A stretch of 64,000 nucleotides of DNA from Spirochaetia bacterium (GTDB taxonomy: Bacteria > Spirochaetota > Spirochaetia > SZUA-6 > Bin103): assembly GCA_965198005.1 (NCBI GenBank), contig CBDAOI010000002.1, forward strand, positions 608,001 to 672,000, read 5' to 3'. Shown here piece after piece: positions 59,564 to 64,000 of the stretch; positions within the stretch are counted from its first letter, which is position 1, and each line of letters opens with the position of its first letter. The position numbers and the translations under genes were made by a program. The notes under the pieces were generated by a model. That model did not search any database. It saw only the letters and a list, made by a program, of their open reading frames with translations, and was not told where the DNA came from.

Positions 59564-62500
59564 TCATAGCTCCAGAATGTCCTTGAGGGTCCGGCTTGGC
59601 AACTGGCCCGTGGGAAGCGGGGACTCCGGCGGTTTGAATAGCGGATTGCCGGGCGACCACAGCTCTACGCTTTCGGCGTGCTCCTCGTAGTAGGCGGGAT
59701 CGGTGGTGACGCGCACCGGTTCGGTCATTCCTGGAGCCCGCAGGCCGTATTCGCGGTGTCTCAGCGGTTGTATCTCGGTGCCCGTGGGCAACAGGTCGGA
59801 AGAAGCGATTACCCGATCGAGGTCGTTCATGGTGATCGGCGATGGGGGCCGCTCCGGTATGGTGAGATCGTCGGTCAGTACGGCGTCGATATCGAAGCCG
59901 GCGTCGGCTGCGACGCAGGCGTTCTATCTTAGCGACGAGGTCGGCACTACCCTCGCCCTGGCGCGTGGACTCGGGTAGCACGGCTCTGGTGATGGCCTGC
60001 GGCAGCTCGGCCAGGATCGGTTGCAGGTGCCCGACCACGGTCTCGAACAAGCCGATGCGGGTTCTGAGAGCACGGTATACGTCGGTCTCGACGGTGCCGT
60101 CGTAGTGCAGGTTGACGATGCGTATGGTGGCGTGGGTCTGACCGACACGGTCGATGCGACCGATCCGTTGCTCGACCCGCATCGGGTTCCACGGCATGTC
60201 GTAGTTGATCACCGCTCCACAGAACTGGAAGTTCAGTCCCTCGGCGGCGGCGTCGGTGCAGAGCAGGACGTCGGCCTCGGTCGCACGAGTCAATGATGCG
60301 CCACGTACCGTCCGCGGACGAAATCTCTCCACCACGGCCCGAGAAACACATCAGGCGCCTGCTGCCACCGGTACCCAGTTGGTCACGCAGGAAGTCCATC
60401 GTGTCGGTGTATTGGGTGAACACCATCACCTGCTGGTAACCGTCGCAGTGCAACTCGGCCAGGGTCTCCCGCAGGCGCTCGCACTTGCTGTCCGCCGGCA
60501 ACATCCGGACGCGGGCGAGTAGATGCTCGATGTCTGCCCGTTCCTCGGCGGCCAAGGCTTGCCGCTCGCGCTCCGCAACCTCATCGGCGTCGACGGCTCA
60601 TCTGCCGTTTCGTCATCCGGCGCATCTTCGTCGAGACCGGACACGAACGGGTCGGCGCCTCTCCTGATCATCGCAAGATGCCGCTCCAGGGTCGTACGCA
60701 GCGCCTGAAAACTGCTGGCAAGCCTGCGCCGATAGATCGTCATCACGAACCCGACCGCCGACCGCTCCGTGGCCGTTGCCTGATTCCAAGTTCCGGCGAT
60801 ATAGGCCTCCACTGCCGCATAGAGTTCCCGCTCGTCCGCGGTCATCTCGATGAAACGATCATCGACCTGTCGTTGCGCGATCGGGGTCGAGAGCATGCCG
60901 GCGTCGAAGTAGCGGCGCAGCAACGCGCGCGTATGGCGTGAGATCAGGTGCCGGATCGGCGTATGCGTACGCAGGATTTCCAGGGCAGCACGCCGCTCCG
61001 GAGTCGCCAGCCGCCGGCGCGGAATGCCCGCCTCGTCGCGCAGGGCACGCAGCACCTTGCTGGTCTTCAGCCGCGACAGACCGGTGAGACGAGCCGCGTC
61101 CTCCGGGTCGGCGGCGCCATATGCCCGTTCGACCGCCTGGAACATCCACGCCATGCGGTCCAGCGCCTCCGGCGGCGGGTTCGGCTGCGCAACATCGTCG
61201 AAGAAGCGGAGAAACGCCTCGTCCGTCCATTCCGGCGGCAACCCCAGCAGGCTCAGCAGATCCCATACTTCGACGGGATGCACCTGCATCGGGGTGGCGG
61301 TCAGCAATACGAGCCCCTCGGTACGCTCCATGAGTTCCCGCATCAGGCGCAACAAGGCGTTCGCGCCGCCCTCGCGGGCTGAACCTGCCGCGCGCCGGCG
61401 GGCATGATGAGCCTCGTCGAGCACGACCAGATCCCACGGCTGAGCGTCCTGCAGGAGTTCGGACGCCCGATCACGGCGCCGCAGCAGGTGGCTGGACGCG
61501 ATCACCACCGGTTCGCGGTGCCACTCCCGGGGGTCGACCTCGCGCTCGTAAGCCTCGCGCAGAGCGGGCGAGCGATACCACGACAGTTTGCGGCCGTCGT
61601 AGATCGGCCAGTTGAGATTGAATTTCTCGCGCAGCTCGATCTGCCACTGCCGCAGCACCGCCTTTGGAGCCAGGATCAGAATTCGCCGCGCCCGCCCGGC
61701 AAGCCACGCTTGCCGCAGCAGCATACCCGCCTGGATGGTCTTCCCGAGACCCACCTCGTCGGCGATCAGAAGTTTCGGCGGCCACTGCGCATACAGACGT
61801 TCGAATGCCCGCACCTGATGCGGCCAGGGCGTCACGGCGGCCGTTGCTTCCCCGACACGGGACCCGTAGCTCTGTGCAGGCGCCTCGCGGATGAACGTCC
61901 AAACCAGACCCCGCCGATCGACCGCCGGCTTCACAGCGGCAGGATCGAGTGCCGGAGTCCTGGGTTGTGCGCCCGGCACATGATCACCGAGGCTCGACTC
62001 CTGCGCCTTCAGGCGCGCGGGCAAATCGTACTCAGGCATGAACCGCATCAGATCGCGGCGCACCGCCTCGGGGACGTCGAGCACGATCACCCGTCCGGAG
62101 CGACCGGCCCAGAGCCGCGCGAAGTTTCCTTCTTCGTGCGTGACGCGTTCCGGCTCCGTTCCCCAACTGGTATAGACGTTGATGCTCTCCCAGTTGTGGC
62201 GCCAGCCGGCCGGGGTTTCGTTCAAGCTCCCATTCCAGGCGATCCGGTGACCGCCATGGTCCTGGATGATGCCCGCTTTCTCATGAAAGATTCCGTCGCT
62301 CGGGATCGGCGTGCGGTCGGCGGCGCACGGGACCGCCACCTTCACCGAGAGATGGCCGCCCGCGATCATCCAGGAGAGCAGTTCGAGGGCGCCGGCCGCC
62401 ACCGCATCAACAGGAGTGAGCGGTGCCGCGCACAGGTGCCGCTCTACCGTATCGCGCAGCCTCTCACCGCGTTCGATGGCCGCGATCTCCGCCTCTTCGA

Positions 62501-62708
62501 GGGTGCAGCCGACGACCAGCCGCATATGGCCGGCGTTACCCACCAGACCTTCGATGCCGCGCGCCGCCAGGGCCAGCGCACCTGCACTGAAGTAACCGGT
62601 AAGCCGGTCGTAGCGTACGGCGTCCTGCAGTGCCGGCTCGTAGAACAGGCGAACCAAGTCACCGTCGTCGGGGGTGTATTTAAGCTTCCACGTGCGATCG
62701 GTGAGCAT
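59564..62708 (-). pseudogene. PLD nuclease-SNF2 helicase fusion, with about three frame breaks in the 3' third
   Basis: GYFS, FHEKAGI...GSLNET (PLD); ADEVGLGKT, LDEAHH, LTATP, FTQYTDT, EGLNFQ, WNPMRVEQRIGRIDR spread across ORFs 60426..62708, 59947..60555, 59547..60335 and 59564..59830. Confidence 0.85.
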
Positions 62709-62710
62709 GG

Positions 62711-64000
62711 TCAGCCACGGTCATCCTGCCACAGCTTGAGCTGCTCCGGCTCGTCGATGCGCTCGCGATACGCGAGGCGGTACAGGTTGTAGAGCGCTTC
62801 GAAGTCGTTACCGGCCGCCGCAGCGTCGCCGCTGAGCGCTACACTCGTGAAGTTCTGAGAGAGGGGAAGCACTTCCAGCACCGCCTCGAACGCGGCGAAG
62901 AAGCGCGGATCCTGCTCGACCAGGGATTCACCGAGCATCTCGCGAGCGGCGCCCAGCGAGCGCGCCCGGGCCCAGTTGGCGGCATGATGAAGGGAATCGA
63001 TCATGCCGCGCGAGCCATCCACCGGCCCCAGTGCCCCGGTGGCGGCACGGCGCACGCTGTCCCAGAGCCGGAGGTCGCTGCCCTTCTTTTCACCGAGACG
63101 CCCAACGACGTCGCGGTCCGGGTCGACGCCCACCGCGCGAGCCAGCCGCAGCCCTTCGTCATAGGGGAATACGGGCGCCCGGAAGGCGTCCCACGCCAGC
63201 ACGAAAAACGCGGTGGCGGGATCGAGGTCCGCGTCGGCCTTCAGGTGGGTCAACTGCTCCAATCGCCAGCGCTTCACCTCGCGCCGGGCCACGTCGAGCG
63301 CGTCCTCCGGCGTCACCGCGTAGGGATCCCATGCCTCGTCGTAGGCCGCCCGTTGCGCACGGCGGCGCGGCTTGGGCTTCTCGCGCGGGGTACCGCGCTG
63401 CAGCGGCCAGGCGCGGGAAAACTCCTCCAGCGCCGGCCCGAAGGACGCGAGGTAGAGATCCACCCCGGTGATGCCGGCGCCCTGGAACTCTGCAACACGC
63501 TTGCGCACGGCACCGGCAACGCGCGGCTCGACGTCCTCCCAATACGTCGCGGATGTCTCGCGGATCATCGAGTCGCTTGCGCCCTGCCCGCCTGCCGATC
63601 CGCCGTATGAGCCGCGCGGGCGGCACACCAGGAAGATGGTGCTCTTGGCTGCCGCCTTGTCCTTGATGTGCATACTGCCCTCGGCCTCGGTATTGACAGG
63701 CCAGGACGCCGTGATGGCGAATCCGGCATCCATCAATCCCTTGGTGAGTGCGTCCCAGGCGCCGGTGGCCTTGTGGGTGAACATCAGCGTCATCAGGCCG
63801 TCGGCCTTCAGCGTCCGCCGGCACTCGGCGAAGATGGACGCCATGCGCTCTTGATAGTCGCGTTCCGCGAGCGCCTTGGCTCCTTTCTGGTCGCGGAATC
63901 GCGCCGGGTTGGCTACGGCTTCGTTGTCCTTGTCGGTCAGGTGGCTGCGGAATAGCTCGGGGAACACATGACCGGCCGTACGCTTGAGCCACACATAGAA
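62711..64000 (-). CDS. DUF1156-type adenine DNA methyltransferase, C-terminal part (5' end outside window)
   Basis: FAECRRTLKADG, MFTHKATGAWDAL, ASWPVNTE, STIFLVCRPR, DLYLASFGPALE. Confidence 0.85.
   Translation of the reverse strand, partial: FYVWLKRTAGHVFPELFRSHLTDKDNEAVANPARFRDQKGAKALAERDYQERMASIFAECRRTLKADGLMTLMFTHKATGAWDALTKGLMDAGFAITASWPVNTEAEGSMHIKDKAAAKSTIFLVCRPRGSYGGSAGGQGASDSMIRETSATYWEDVEPRVAGAVRKRVAEFQGAGITGVDLYLASFGPALEEFSRAWPLQRGTPREKPKPRRRAQRAAYDEAWDPYAVTPEDALDVARREVKRWRLEQLTHLKADADLDPATAFFVLAWDAFRAPVFPYDEGLRLARAVGVDPDRDVVGRLGEKKGSDLRLWDSVRRAATGALGPVDGSRGMIDSLHHAANWARARSLGAAREMLGESLVEQDPRFFAAFEAVLEVLPLSQNFTSVALSGDAAAAGNDFEALYNLYRLAYRERIDEPEQLKLWQDDRG

Overview
High-GC bacterial chromosome segment, probably from a Spirochaetota-like organism. 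This is inferred from tRNA-Arg(UCG), the long-form GlyA, spirochaete-type CarD and hypothetical proteins, and tig-clpP-clpX. Intact housekeeping blocks are lplA-like/apgM, two nth genes, glyA, msrB, seven canonical tRNAs, tig-clpP-clpX, carD, oppA, rhomboid, polyprenyl synthase, AK-thrB-thrC and the Rrf2-sufBCDSU-nfu operon. They alternate with eroded accessory DNA. (1) 1-5.7 kb is a mosaic of three copies of a branched-chain aminotransferase 3' end with IS1, Rpn and Uma2 cargo. It contains an intact unusual tRNA with a serine-type body and a leucine GAG anticodon loop (640-737). (2) A Septu-like ATPase plus truncated HNH gene. (3) A ~13 kb defence-like island with NucS, Phd, a type III Mod remnant, a 1770-aa STAND NTPase coupled to a TPR-STAND ATPase, and Fic. 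(4) An intact, coupled NYN-RNase + NACHT/pentapeptide gene pair inserted behind the suf operon. (5) A DUF1156 methylase + PLD-SNF2 helicase restriction-like system at the right edge. The best candidates for new biology are the Ser-body/Leu-anticodon tRNA, the NYN-NACHT pair and the tandem STAND pair. All family calls come from motif recognition by eye; no searches were run.
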